The translations under genes were made by a program, and so were the position numbers. Below are positions 41,507 to 51,188 of a DNA stretch of 64,000 nucleotides, piece after piece. Each line of letters begins with the position of its first letter. Position 1 is the first letter of the stretch. Origin of the DNA: Nitrosopumilaceae archaeon (lineage in GTDB: Archaea; Thermoproteota; Nitrososphaeria; Nitrososphaerales; Nitrosopumilaceae); assembly GCA_965208905.1 (NCBI GenBank), contig OZ242365.1, forward strand, positions 256,001 to 320,000, in the 5' to 3' direction. The notes under the pieces are model-generated. The model was not told the DNA's origin. It searched no databases and saw nothing but the letters and a program-made list of their open reading frames with translations.

Positions 41507-41977
41507 CTGACACCTTATCTGATCTGTCTTGGAGTACGGATTCCAAACCTCGATGTATCAGAAATTTTGCAATCTCATCTGCCACTCATATGTCATGAAA
41601 AAGAAAAGGATGCAATCGCCAAGCGATGTATAGTAGGTAATACAATACACCAGAGAACCACAATCTTTGCAGACTTTGAGGCCATTTTGACGCCGGGCCA
41701 TACTCCGGGAAGCCTGTGCTATTTGTGGCAGGCACCTGATGCCCGATATCTGTTTACAGGCGATACGGTATTTTTTAACAACGACCGCTGAGAGGTATTT
41801 ATCAATATAGGCACACCAGAGGAGATGATCTCAAGCCTGAGTCTTATTGCCGGCCTTGACTTTGACTATATTATACCCGGTGCACATACGGGCAATGCAG
41901 GCATAGAAGCAGTAACCAAGGAAAAAATACAGAAAAACATTGATCAAATTATATCCAGAATACGCAGCGATACATAA
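41500..41977 (+). pseudogene. Metallo-beta-lactamase-fold hydrolase pseudogene (5'-truncated, in-frame TGA)
   Basis: ICHEKE, TPGHTPGSLCYL, LFTGDT, TGA at 41789, then SLSLIAGLDFDYIIPGAH to TAA 41977; no HxHxDH. Confidence 0.75.
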
Positions 41978-42028
41978 CACCTCCGAATCTAGTGCCTGTT
42001 TTTATCCTTCTATTCTATACTATACACA

Positions 42029-42472
42029 ATGATAGACATCAAGCCTGCATCTGAGGATGATATTTCGGCAATCCTGAATATGTTATATGTGCTAGATCGA
42101 CCAAGGCCCGAGTCTGATACTGATATGATATACTTTGAGAAAATAATTAGACAATACATCCATAATGAGGACAAACAGATACTGCTTGTCTGGCTAGATG
42201 ATCAAATCGTCGGCATGGCAAGCATTGTGTTTATACCAAGACTGAATCACAAGACCGCCGAGCTGTACATTCCAGAGCTGGTCGTACTTGAAAAACACCA
42301 GAGTCTAGGAATAGGGACAAGACTGGTAGAATCCTGTGTATATTTAGGTAGACAGCAAGACTGCTACAGAATCAGGCTGGAATCAGGAAACCAGAGAAAA
42401 CGGTCGCATCGGTTTTACACCAATCTAGGCTTTGTGCAGGACTCGTTATCCTTTACTGTACCTCTGGACTGA
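42029..42472 (+). CDS. GNAT-family acetyltransferase
   Basis: YIPELVV..HQSLGIGTRL, LESG..RKRSHRFY..LGF. Confidence 0.9.
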   Translation: MIDIKPASEDDISAILNMLYVLDRPRPESDTDMIYFEKIIRQYIHNEDKQILLVWLDDQIVGMASIVFIPRLNHKTAELYIPELVVLEKHQSLGIGTRLVESCVYLGRQQDCYRIRLESGNQRKRSHRFYTNLGFVQDSLSFTVPLD

Positions 42473-42994
42473 TCACTTGGTCCATACTGTACCAAAATAA
42501 TATCCTGCTAGAATTGTCCCAGCAGACCAGACAAGCGATCCTCCAAACGTATACAGGATAAACTTTGGCACCTGCATACCCAAAAGTCCTGCCGGAACAG
42601 AGATCATCTCGCGCATAACTGGTACCATCCGTCCTAAAAAGACTGCCTTGTCGCCGTGTCGCTCAAACCACGCCTCTGCCCTTTGTATATTACACTCGGA
42701 GATCCTAAAAATACGCAGATAGCGTAGCATGACGCCTCTGCCAAGCTTTAATGATATCAGATAAATCCCCGTAGTTCCGATGGTTGCACCTAGTGCACCA
42801 AAAATTATCATTGGAATAACCTCTAGTATGGACAGTCCCTTCTGTGATGCTATGAATCCTGCAGAAGGAAAGACTGCCAAGGTAGGTAGTGGGGGAATGA
42901 TTGTTTCAAGCAAGGCTGCCAGGAATATGCCCTCGTACAGGTACTTGCCTAAAATCTCATTAATCCATGATATTGCCGACTCGTATGGTTCCAA
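42473..42994 (-). CDS. DedA family membrane protein
   Basis: ETIIPPLP, WFERHG..AVFLGRMVPVMREMISVPAG. Confidence 0.92.
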   Translation of the reverse strand: MEPYESAISWINEILGKYLYEGIFLAALLETIIPPLPTLAVFPSAGFIASQKGLSILEVIPMIIFGALGATIGTTGIYLISLKLGRGVMLRYLRIFRISECNIQRAEAWFERHGDKAVFLGRMVPVMREMISVPAGLLGMQVPKFILYTFGGSLVWSAGTILAGYYFGTVWTK

Positions 42995-43320
42995 CCAACA
43001 TGAAGGTATACTAGTCTGTCCTTAAGTCTAGCTGAGCTATGATCGGCGCCCTAGTATACATCAAGATATCTTGTATTAGTATACCACATGATTTGCAAGA
43101 AAGTATATCTATGGCTTATTAGATAGGACTTGGTTAATGTCAGTTTATCTGTACCGCAACACTTTCGTACATGAAAATCTATTTCTTCTCAGTGAAGTAT
43201 CGCATATCTACAATTCGTGACATACGCCGGACTCACATGCCTCCACCATTATGGATGGCACTCAATAAATTTCACGATAAATGTTGGTGCGGCAAGCCAA
43301 AAGACCCTTGGCATAAACAA

Positions 43321-43804
43321 CTTTGTGTCATAACTATTCCTGAATACCGCCACATTGATCAAACCACATATAGATCCCATCATTAAGCCATCTATTTTAT
43401 GGTAAAAACTGACAACCATACAGTACGGCATGTGTGGGGCAGACATGTCGTACAGTATAACCCTGAGTGGAAGGATGAAGTCGACCATGCCGACAGGGGA
43501 AAGGTGGGTGCTCCGTACCAATATTCGGAGACACTGATTATGCTGACCGCTGCCGTACTGGAAGGCCAAGATTGGATACCGCAGGAGATGGGTTGTGGAG
43601 GGTGTATTTTCTATATTTAAACGCGTGTTTGGAGAACATGCCATGGCGCTGAAGCAGGAGAATATAGTCCAAGAGATCTATCTCAAAGTGGCCCTGTACA
43701 ACAAATGGCGGGATGAATCACTAAGTTAGCAAGGGGAGTATGACGTATGAGTTTATGCCGCATGACCAAAGCTCAGCTTATGTAAGAAGAATTATGACAC
43801 AGAA
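43321..43804 (+). mobile_element. Internally deleted IS5-family element (non-autonomous) with terminal inverted repeats
   Basis: TIR cores TGTGTCATAA (43324-43333) and TTATGACACA (43792-43801); N-term WKDEVDHADRGKVGAPYQYS joined to C-term WKAKIGYRRRWVVEGVFSIFKRVFGE (YREK motif). Confidence 0.8.
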
Positions 43805-43899
43805 TTTGGGTTCTCAGGTGTATTGATTCTTTTGCTGGTATGAGATGGCGCTAACAGTCAACGTACTGCTTTAAATTAAGCACGTCAAAATTATATATA

Positions 43900-44739
43900 A
43901 TGAAGGTAGGTTGTCATGTCTCCATCTCAGGGGGCATAGACAAGGCAGTAGACCGAGCCGTCAATAACGGATGCACAGCATTTCAAATATTTAGTAGAAA
44001 TCCCCGGGGTTGGCGTGCGAAGACGATATCCAAAGACGAATCTGCATCGTTTCAAGAGAAGGTTGCATCTTCAGGAATAAGTCGGGATGCAATCTGCGTT
44101 CATATGCCATATCTGCCCAATCTAGCCGGGCCCAATGAGGAACCCTACAAAAAATCAGTAAATACATTAAAAGGTGAGGTTGAAAGGTGTGATCAATTAG
44201 GAATACAATATCTGGTAACACATTTAGGAAGTCATTTGGGGGTAGGCGCAGAGAGAGGCATAAAACGTTTGATCAACGCATACACAGAGGCATCTAAAAT
44301 AGATAGCGATGTCACCATACTCTTGGAGAATATGGCCGGCCAAAAGAACTCAATGGGGTACAGGTTTGAGGAGTGGGCCCAAATATTAAACCAGTTGGAA
44401 CCTAAAGGTAGATTTGGTGTGTGTCTAGATACATGTCATGCTTTTGTAGCTGGATACGACCTGAGAACGCAGGAGGCGGCATCACAGACACTAGAAGAGT
44501 TTGATAGAATAGTAGGGTATGATCGTCTAAAGATACTACACCTAAACGATGCCAAGGGAGAGTTAGGTTGTAATCTGGACAGGCACTACCACATAGGACT
44601 AGGCAGTATAGGTGAAGAAGGATTAAGAGAGGTTGTACGTACCATTAATCAACAAGGAATACCCATAATACTAGAGACTCCAATAGATAACACTCGTACA
44701 GATATAGACAACATCCGAGCGGTTAAACAGTTCGCATAG
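43900..44739 (+). CDS. nfo: Endonuclease IV
   Basis: GCHVSISGG, VHMPYLPNL, LLENMAG, CLDTCH, HLND, DRHYHIG.G, ILETP. Confidence 0.96.
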   Translation: MKVGCHVSISGGIDKAVDRAVNNGCTAFQIFSRNPRGWRAKTISKDESASFQEKVASSGISRDAICVHMPYLPNLAGPNEEPYKKSVNTLKGEVERCDQLGIQYLVTHLGSHLGVGAERGIKRLINAYTEASKIDSDVTILLENMAGQKNSMGYRFEEWAQILNQLEPKGRFGVCLDTCHAFVAGYDLRTQEAASQTLEEFDRIVGYDRLKILHLNDAKGELGCNLDRHYHIGLGSIGEEGLREVVRTINQQGIPIILETPIDNTRTDIDNIRAVKQFA

Positions 44740-44769
44740 AAATTTATTTACAAATCGTAACATCACAGC

Positions 44770-46218
44770 ATGAATTATGACAAGGTTATCAAGTTAGCTT
44801 TAGAGCGTGGATTTTACTTTCCAAGTTGCGAGATGTATAATAACTCTCCAGCAGGCTTTTGGGAGTATGGCCCCAATGGTGTCAGTCTGAAGAATAAGTT
44901 CTTAGAGTTGTGGAGGCGAGAGTTGGTTCGGCGGGATAATATGATGGAGATAGATGGTTCCCAAATAATGGCAAAATCCGTCTTTGAGGCATCTGGACAT
45001 CTAGCTAGTTTCGCTGATCCCATAGTAAAATGCACAAAGTGTGGTTCCACGTTTCGGGCAGATCGTATGATATCTGAGAGTTGTAGTGTTGTTATACCCG
45101 AATCCGCAGATTTAGTAGAGTTTGATGATGTCATAGTTAAGAATTGTATTGTATGCCCCCGATGCCAAGGCGCCCTAGATAAGACGAAGAAGTTTAACAT
45201 GATGTTTCGGGTTGGTATAGGACCTGAAGGTGAAGACGCATATCTAAGACCAGAGACTTGCCAGTCAATATTTGTAGATTTTCCACGGCTCTACAAGACG
45301 ATGCGGGGAAAGCTGCCCATGGGCGTAGCTCAGGTGGGTAAAAGTTTTCGTAACGAAATATCCCCTCGGCAGAGCCTCTTAAGACTGCGGGAATTTTATC
45401 AGGCAGAGATAGAGATATTCTGTAATCCAGAAAGACTCCACGATGCATCAAAACTTGAACGTGTTAAAGATGTCACACTACACATAGACAACAGGGAGAT
45501 AACTTGTAGTGAGGCCGTTGATGACGGTGTGCTTCCCAATGAATTCATTGCGTACTATGTGGGGATACTTACAGAGTTCTATCAAAAGACAGGCATATCA
45601 ATGGAGAGGAGTAGATTCCGGAAGCTGGGGGAGAAAGAGAAGGCATTCTATGCAAGTGTGGCCTTTGATTTTGAGGTGGAGACAACAATTGGGTGGCTAG
45701 AGTTGGTGGCGTGTAACTATCGTACCGACTATGATTTAAGCGGTCATGCAGAGCACAGTGGAGAGTCATTTCAGGTTATGGACGGAGATCAGAGAGTGCT
45801 CCCCCATGTATTTGAGATATCCATGGGTATAGATAGAAGTCTGTATTGCATACTGGAGCACTCGCTAATGGAGGATGATGAGAACAATCGAACAGTTCTA
45901 TCCCTAAAACCGTATCTGGCTCCTCGACATGTGGGCGTATTATCGTTGGTAAAAAAAGACGGACTGCGGGAGAAGACCGACAGCATACACGAAGATCTAA
46001 ACCGCAAGTATGATACGTTTTTGGATCATGCCGGAGCCATAGGAAGAAGGTATAGGCGGCTTGATGAGGTTGGATGCCCCTTTGCCATTACAGTAGACCA
46101 TCAGACACTGCAGGATGACACAGTTACATTGCGGGATAGAGATACCATGAAACAGAGGCGCGTATCACTATCAGATTTAGATGACACATTATCAGAGTCT
46201 CTTACATTTCCCGTATGA
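44770..46218 (+). CDS. glyS: Glycine--tRNA ligase (archaeal/eukaryotic alpha2 type)
   Basis: ASGHL, FNMMF, YLRPETCQ, GKSFRNEISPRQ.LLRLREF.QAE, IGRRYRRLDEVG. Confidence 0.96.
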   Translation: MNYDKVIKLALERGFYFPSCEMYNNSPAGFWEYGPNGVSLKNKFLELWRRELVRRDNMMEIDGSQIMAKSVFEASGHLASFADPIVKCTKCGSTFRADRMISESCSVVIPESADLVEFDDVIVKNCIVCPRCQGALDKTKKFNMMFRVGIGPEGEDAYLRPETCQSIFVDFPRLYKTMRGKLPMGVAQVGKSFRNEISPRQSLLRLREFYQAEIEIFCNPERLHDASKLERVKDVTLHIDNREITCSEAVDDGVLPNEFIAYYVGILTEFYQKTGISMERSRFRKLGEKEKAFYASVAFDFEVETTIGWLELVACNYRTDYDLSGHAEHSGESFQVMDGDQRVLPHVFEISMGIDRSLYCILEHSLMEDDENNRTVLSLKPYLAPRHVGVLSLVKKDGLREKTDSIHEDLNRKYDTFLDHAGAIGRRYRRLDEVGCPFAITVDHQTLQDDTVTLRDRDTMKQRRVSLSDLDDTLSESLTFPV

Positions 46219-46302
46219 TACTACATTAGTATTTCAGTACCTGTATATGAAAAAGCATGTAGAGAAATACAAATTTAAAAAGACATAATAGATTAGAGTG
46301 GC

Positions 46303-47433
46303 ATGGGGCAACCACAGGTATCCATCATACTTCCGACGTATAACGAGTCTCAGAATATACTGCGTATATTAAACTCAATAAAGGAGAGTATACCGTCTGC
46401 GGTCTCTGCGCAGACCATTGTAGTTGATGACAACTCACCTGATGGTACTGGTCGCATAGTAGAGGAGTATCTACGAAGCATGATAGACACTGTAGGGTAT
46501 ACCGTAGAGATAATACACCGTCGCGCAAAGACCTCCTTAAGTTCTGCCATACTACAAGGCATACAGCACGCTCGAGGTGACACTATAATTGTAATGGACA
46601 GCGACTTTTCGCATCCGCCCAGCATAATACCAAAGTTAATCGAGGCGTTACGGACACGTTGTGACATAGCGGTAGCTTCAAGATACATAAGGGGAGGTAA
46701 AATTCATGGTTGGCCAGCTAAACGAAAGATAATAAGTAAATCTGCTACTATAATAGCCAAAAACGTGCTAAACATAAAGACGGCCGACCCCATGTCAGGC
46801 TTCTTTGCGTTTCGGAAGAATCTGTTGGAAGGAATAATCTTTGATGGTTTAGGATTCAAAATACTGATGGAGATACTAGTAAAGGCGCGCGGGGCACGTA
46901 TAGTCGAGATACCGTACACATTCCACGACAGGGAGGAGGGGAACAGCAAGTTCAATAGTCATATCATAAAAGACTATTGTAAGTCCGTCTGGCGGCTATA
47001 CAGACATGGCGGCATCGAGCCACGCCGCTCAGTGCGTTTTCTCTCAAAGGCAGGAAGGTTCTACACCGTGGGCACATCTGGATTCTTGATAAATTATATC
47101 ATATCATTACTACTTACACATCAGATTCCTGAGGTTTGGTATCTGCATGCCAACATACTGGGTATAGCATCCTCCATGACCAGCAACTACATACTAAACA
47201 AGATATGGACATTTCAGGATCGTGACTTTTCACCAAAGCGTGTAGCAACACAGTATGCAAAGTTTGTTGGGTTTAGCTCGATGGGAGCTGCCGTGCAGTT
47301 AGGTATCGTCTTCTCACTAGTAGAGGGTGGATGGTCATATCCGGCATCACTAGGTGTGGGGGTATTGACTGCAGCGTTGGGCAACTACATTCTAAATAAA
47401 AAGTGGACGTTTAAAGAAAGATTGTGGGGTTAG
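46303..47433 (+). CDS. GT2 polyprenol-phosphate mannosyltransferase (Dpm1-like) with C-terminal GtrA domain
   Basis: ILPTYNE, VDDNSPDGT, MDSDFSHPP, DPMSGFF; GtrA repeats NYILNKxWTF. Confidence 0.92.
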   Translation: MGQPQVSIILPTYNESQNILRILNSIKESIPSAVSAQTIVVDDNSPDGTGRIVEEYLRSMIDTVGYTVEIIHRRAKTSLSSAILQGIQHARGDTIIVMDSDFSHPPSIIPKLIEALRTRCDIAVASRYIRGGKIHGWPAKRKIISKSATIIAKNVLNIKTADPMSGFFAFRKNLLEGIIFDGLGFKILMEILVKARGARIVEIPYTFHDREEGNSKFNSHIIKDYCKSVWRLYRHGGIEPRRSVRFLSKAGRFYTVGTSGFLINYIISLLLTHQIPEVWYLHANILGIASSMTSNYILNKIWTFQDRDFSPKRVATQYAKFVGFSSMGAAVQLGIVFSLVEGGWSYPASLGVGVLTAALGNYILNKKWTFKERLWG

Positions 47434-47633
47434 CGGTTCCTGCAGACATACATCAGAGACTTTGGTCCTGTAGCTAGCATGTACGTCAGGTACATTGTGA
47501 GGAGAGGCGCCTGAACACCCTAATTAAAAAATATGGTCTAGAGGTCTTTGTTTTGTAATATGGTGTGATCGGGTTGTTGTTCTAGATCATTGTAACATAA
47601 CTAATTAAAAATAAAAAAGAAAAACCTAATGTC

Positions 47634-48275
47634 TTATTCGATTGTAGATGTGGTTTGAGTGCCTATCTGAGACGGTACTGAGGGGAATCTATCTCCAATC
47701 TGTTGCTCAGCGACTGAGGAAGCTTCCTGCAGTATTCTCTCGGCCTCTTCAGTGTAAACATCCTGCTCTACGCCAAACGAATCACCAGCCAATGAATCCA
47801 TCATTAGACCGTTGAGTGTCTGCGTCATAGAGTTCAGCTCTGAATCTGCTTCTGGCATGAACTTGCTCAAGGATGACTTGAGATTCTTCATTGTGCCCAT
47901 GGCAGGTCCAATTGTAGCCATTGCGTCACCGACATCATGCATTGTAGTTAGGCGAAGTTGTGCCTGCTCCAATGTCATGCGAGCATGTCCAATCATAGTG
48001 GTAGACTTACGTAGTTCAACCAACTCACTGGAGAGTACCCTTGCTGTTTGATTGTCGTGATTCTTCATGGCAGCAACTATCTTTTGGAAGAGTCTGGTGT
48101 CACGATCACGCATCTTCTTGGTCATACCATCTAGTCTTGCAATCTGTGCCTGTAACTTGTTGACACCAGATTGCATGCGAGGCTTTAGAGGTCCTTCATT
48201 CTTTACTGAGTCGCGGAGTTTCTCTGATACACCTGGCTTTTCTGGCCGGGTCCATGACTTGTCAAAGTTTGTCAT
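47634..48275 (-). CDS. ESCRT-III / Snf7 (CdvB paralogue) cell-division protein
   Basis: Coiled coil, A...A.EL.E.RK pattern, LEQAQLRLTT, EAERILQEA, C-terminal FPSVP. Confidence 0.85.
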   Translation of the reverse strand: MTNFDKSWTRPEKPGVSEKLRDSVKNEGPLKPRMQSGVNKLQAQIARLDGMTKKMRDRDTRLFQKIVAAMKNHDNQTARVLSSELVELRKSTTMIGHARMTLEQAQLRLTTMHDVGDAMATIGPAMGTMKNLKSSLSKFMPEADSELNSMTQTLNGLMMDSLAGDSFGVEQDVYTEEAERILQEASSVAEQQIGDRFPSVPSQIGTQTTSTIE

Positions 48276-48364
48276 AAACAAGAATCCTGGAAACAACATT
48301 TAAGATGGTTAGTTGAATATGATAAACTTCAAATTAAATTTAGTTGACTTAAAAATTTGTAGAA

Positions 48365-49114
48365 ATGAGTAGTGTGGGGGTATTTGATTCGGGTTTGGGC
48401 TCATTGAGCATAGTGAATGCCATACGCCAGATATCCAAGTGTGACATAGTATACTATGCGGATACAAAGAGCCACCCTTATGGAACAAAGTCGCCCCAAG
48501 ACCTATGTGATATAACACGCAGAACCATACAGGGTATACGAGAGTTGTTTGCACCAAGTATTGTGGTGGTAGGCTCCAACACACCCACCCTGCTGTGTGA
48601 TATCGAAGATGATGACATAGTGGGGGTATGGCCACCCATCATGGAAGCATCAAGACTAAGCTGTGATGATACAGTAACTGTGTTGGCCACAAGTGTTGTA
48701 GTACAACATGACTACATAGAAAGATACGCCAAATCACTAAATTTATCTGTCCATATAAAGAAGGTGAATGCCAGTAGGCTGGTACATCTAGTAGAGAGTG
48801 GTACATTCCTAAACGATCATGATACAACATGCAAGACAATAGAAGAGACACTACATGATATACAGGGTGTATGTACGCTATCCAGTACACACCTACCATT
48901 TCTACAGAGTATGATGGAGGAGGTACGTCCGGATATAACATTTGTGGACCCCGCCAGCATGGTGGCCCGTCGGGTGGCCAACAAGATCAAGAATGCAGGT
49001 AAAGGAAGACTGAGCATATACACATCAGGAGGGCACGACATTACACCTCATCTAAGGCAGTTGGGCATTACTGAAGATGTTAATTTTTTGAAGCCCTTCT
49101 ATACCCATGACTGA
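48365..49114 (+). CDS. Glutamate racemase (MurI) homologue with both catalytic Cys replaced by Ser
   Basis: GVFDSGLG, PYGTKS, GSNTPT (usually ACNTAS), LSSTHLP (usually LGCTHYP), FVDPA. Confidence 0.85.
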   Translation: MSSVGVFDSGLGSLSIVNAIRQISKCDIVYYADTKSHPYGTKSPQDLCDITRRTIQGIRELFAPSIVVVGSNTPTLLCDIEDDDIVGVWPPIMEASRLSCDDTVTVLATSVVVQHDYIERYAKSLNLSVHIKKVNASRLVHLVESGTFLNDHDTTCKTIEETLHDIQGVCTLSSTHLPFLQSMMEEVRPDITFVDPASMVARRVANKIKNAGKGRLSIYTSGGHDITPHLRQLGITEDVNFLKPFYTHD

Positions 49115-49841
49115 ATTCTTTATCGTATAATCGAGAGTACTCATAGTGTTTGGGATTTATGACTTCGCCTATTATTATTATAGCAGTACGGGTTATGCCC
49201 GCGCTGTGAACTTTGGAGACTATATCGTTTAGCTTTCCCTTTAGTGTTATTTGATCTTCCCAACTGGCACGATACACCACCGCCACCGGAGTATCTGGTT
49301 TATACCCGCCAGAGATGGCTTCCTGGACAATTCTGTGAAGTAGATGTATGCTCAGATACAGTACCATTGTACAGTTATGCGAGGACAGACTTTTGATGCT
49401 CTCTTTTGTTGGTACGTCTGTACGAGATTCAATACGTGTTATTATGATGGTCTGAGTGACTCCGGGTAGTGTCAACTGCGTAGAGAGAGCGGCTGAGGAT
49501 GCCAGCATTGACGTTACGCCAGGGATCACAACACACTCTACACCTTTATCTTGTAGAGCATCCATCTGCTCTTTTATAGCACCGTATATTGTGGGGTCGC
49601 CATCATGCAGACGTACTACCATCAAATCTGATACTGCATTCTTATGTAAGATATCAGTTATCTCTTCACGAACCAGACCAGATGCATCATGCAGTCTACC
49701 GCCACACATATCAAGAACAGGTTGTGGTATTAAGGAGCCCGAATATACTACCGTATCTGCGTTACGAATTAATCGTTGGGCTTTTACGGTTATAAGTTCA
49801 GGATCTCCTGGTCCACACCCCACAAAGTACACTTTAGACAC
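49080..49841 (-). CDS. cbiF: Cobalt-precorrin-4 C11-methyltransferase
   Basis: VGCGPGDPELIT, RLHDGDPTIYGA..EQ, LTLPGVTQT, YRASW, SRLY. Confidence 0.95.
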   Translation of the reverse strand: MSKVYFVGCGPGDPELITVKAQRLIRNADTVVYSGSLIPQPVLDMCGGRLHDASGLVREEITDILHKNAVSDLMVVRLHDGDPTIYGAIKEQMDALQDKGVECVVIPGVTSMLASSAALSTQLTLPGVTQTIIITRIESRTDVPTKESIKSLSSHNCTMVLYLSIHLLHRIVQEAISGGYKPDTPVAVVYRASWEDQITLKGKLNDIVSKVHSAGITRTAIIIIGEVINPKHYEYSRLYDKEFSHGYRRASKN

Positions 49842-50553
49842 GTTTCACCACCAGTATGGAGAAGTACTTTGTTGTCAAGGCCCCTCTGTCCACCTCGCCT
49901 AATGTTAAGCGTCGAATTATCTCATCAGGGGTTCCTAAATCCTGACCTATGGCAAATATAGAGTTCTCGGGGAATCCAGACTCTTTGAGTACTGTAATTA
50001 CATTATCAAAGTATCTACCATCTTTCAGAAATACCAGAGTGTCGGAGTTTTTTGCTATCTCAGCTACCGAATGTAAGTCATAGCACGATGGTATAATCGA
50101 TACTTTCTCGGAGCCTTCAGCTATGCTGACTCCCACTTTTGAGGCGAATGTAAACATGGAGACGATGCCAGGTATCACTGTTATATCTACATCTGTATAT
50201 TTAGTGGTCAGTTCGCGGTGCATGTAAATCCACGTGCTGTATAGATACGGGTCGCCCACCGTAATGTATACAACATTATGTCCATCTCGTACTGTCTGAG
50301 CCATTTTGGCGGCATTCTCCTTCCATGTGGATTGTAATATGTCTGGATCTTTGGTCATGGGAAATATTAGGCGTTTTATTGTCTGCTCATCATTCAATAA
50401 ATCCTGTATTACTGCCAAAGCTATACTGGGCCTATCCTCAGCAGATGCGGGGCACATTATAACATCTGCAGATTGTATGGCTTTGACGGCCTTGACTGTC
50501 AACAAATCTGGGTCACCAGGGCCAACCCCTATGGCAGTAAGTTTGGACATCAT
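49834..50553 (-). CDS. cbiL: Cobalt-precorrin-2 C20-methyltransferase
   Basis: GVGPGDPDLLTVKA, FPMTKD, GDPYLYST, PGIVS, YFS. Confidence 0.93.
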   Translation of the reverse strand: MMSKLTAIGVGPGDPDLLTVKAVKAIQSADVIMCPASAEDRPSIALAVIQDLLNDEQTIKRLIFPMTKDPDILQSTWKENAAKMAQTVRDGHNVVYITVGDPYLYSTWIYMHRELTTKYTDVDITVIPGIVSMFTFASKVGVSIAEGSEKVSIIPSCYDLHSVAEIAKNSDTLVFLKDGRYFDNVITVLKESGFPENSIFAIGQDLGTPDEIIRRLTLGEVDRGALTTKYFSILVVKRV

Positions 50554-50584
50554 AGTATAATCTGTAATACTCCTAATTAAAAGC

Positions 50585-51187
50585 CTAGAGTATTGATGCA
50601 GATATTATGGTGACGGGGTTACGGGCCAGCATCATTGTACCTGTACTGGTACGGCGGCTTTTGAGTACTGTTATCTGTGTTATGTCGATATCCTGTAGTC
50701 CTGTATCATCAATTACATCTAAAATTTGGGATAGAGTCTCAATTAGAATTGTGCCTACAACTATACGGCCATTGGGCTCCAGTCTTTGTGTGCACAGACG
50801 TAGTATGTCTGCGGTATCGCCGCCAGTACCCCCTATCAGTATGACGTTGGCGGGAGGTAGTGTGGGTATGACATCAACAGCCTCGCCATGTATAACATTA
50901 ATGTTCTCCAAGCCAAATAGATGAGCGTTATGTTTAGTGGCATCTACAGCATCAATACTGTGATCTATGCCAAGTATTACACCTGAAGGCCCGGTCTGAA
51001 TTGCGGCCTCCACAGAGATTGAGCCACTACCACATCCTACATCATATACGGTATCGCCCGTGGTAATGCGCGCCTTTGAGATTTGAATTGCACGAATCTC
51101 TTCTTTAGTTATAGGGACGCCCTCACATCTTTGAAATAGTTCATCTGGTATTCCAGGGGTGGAGTACTTCCAATGTTTTTGGTCCAT
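50585..51187 (-). CDS. cbiT: Cobalt-precorrin-6B C15-methyltransferase (decarboxylating)
   Basis: PGIPDELF, PITKEEIR, DVGCGSGSISVE, ARNPV. Confidence 0.94.
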   Translation of the reverse strand: MDQKHWKYSTPGIPDELFQRCEGVPITKEEIRAIQISKARITTGDTVYDVGCGSGSISVEAAIQTGPSGVILGIDHSIDAVDATKHNAHLFGLENINVIHGEAVDVIPTLPPANVILIGGTGGDTADILRLCTQRLEPNGRIVVGTILIETLSQILDVIDDTGLQDIDITQITVLKSRRTSTGTMMLARNPVTIISASIL

Positions 51188-51188
51188 G

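Noticed and set aside
41789-41791. In-frame TGA as selenocysteine or readthrough
   Set aside because: The gene is also 5'-truncated, so a nonsense mutation is simpler
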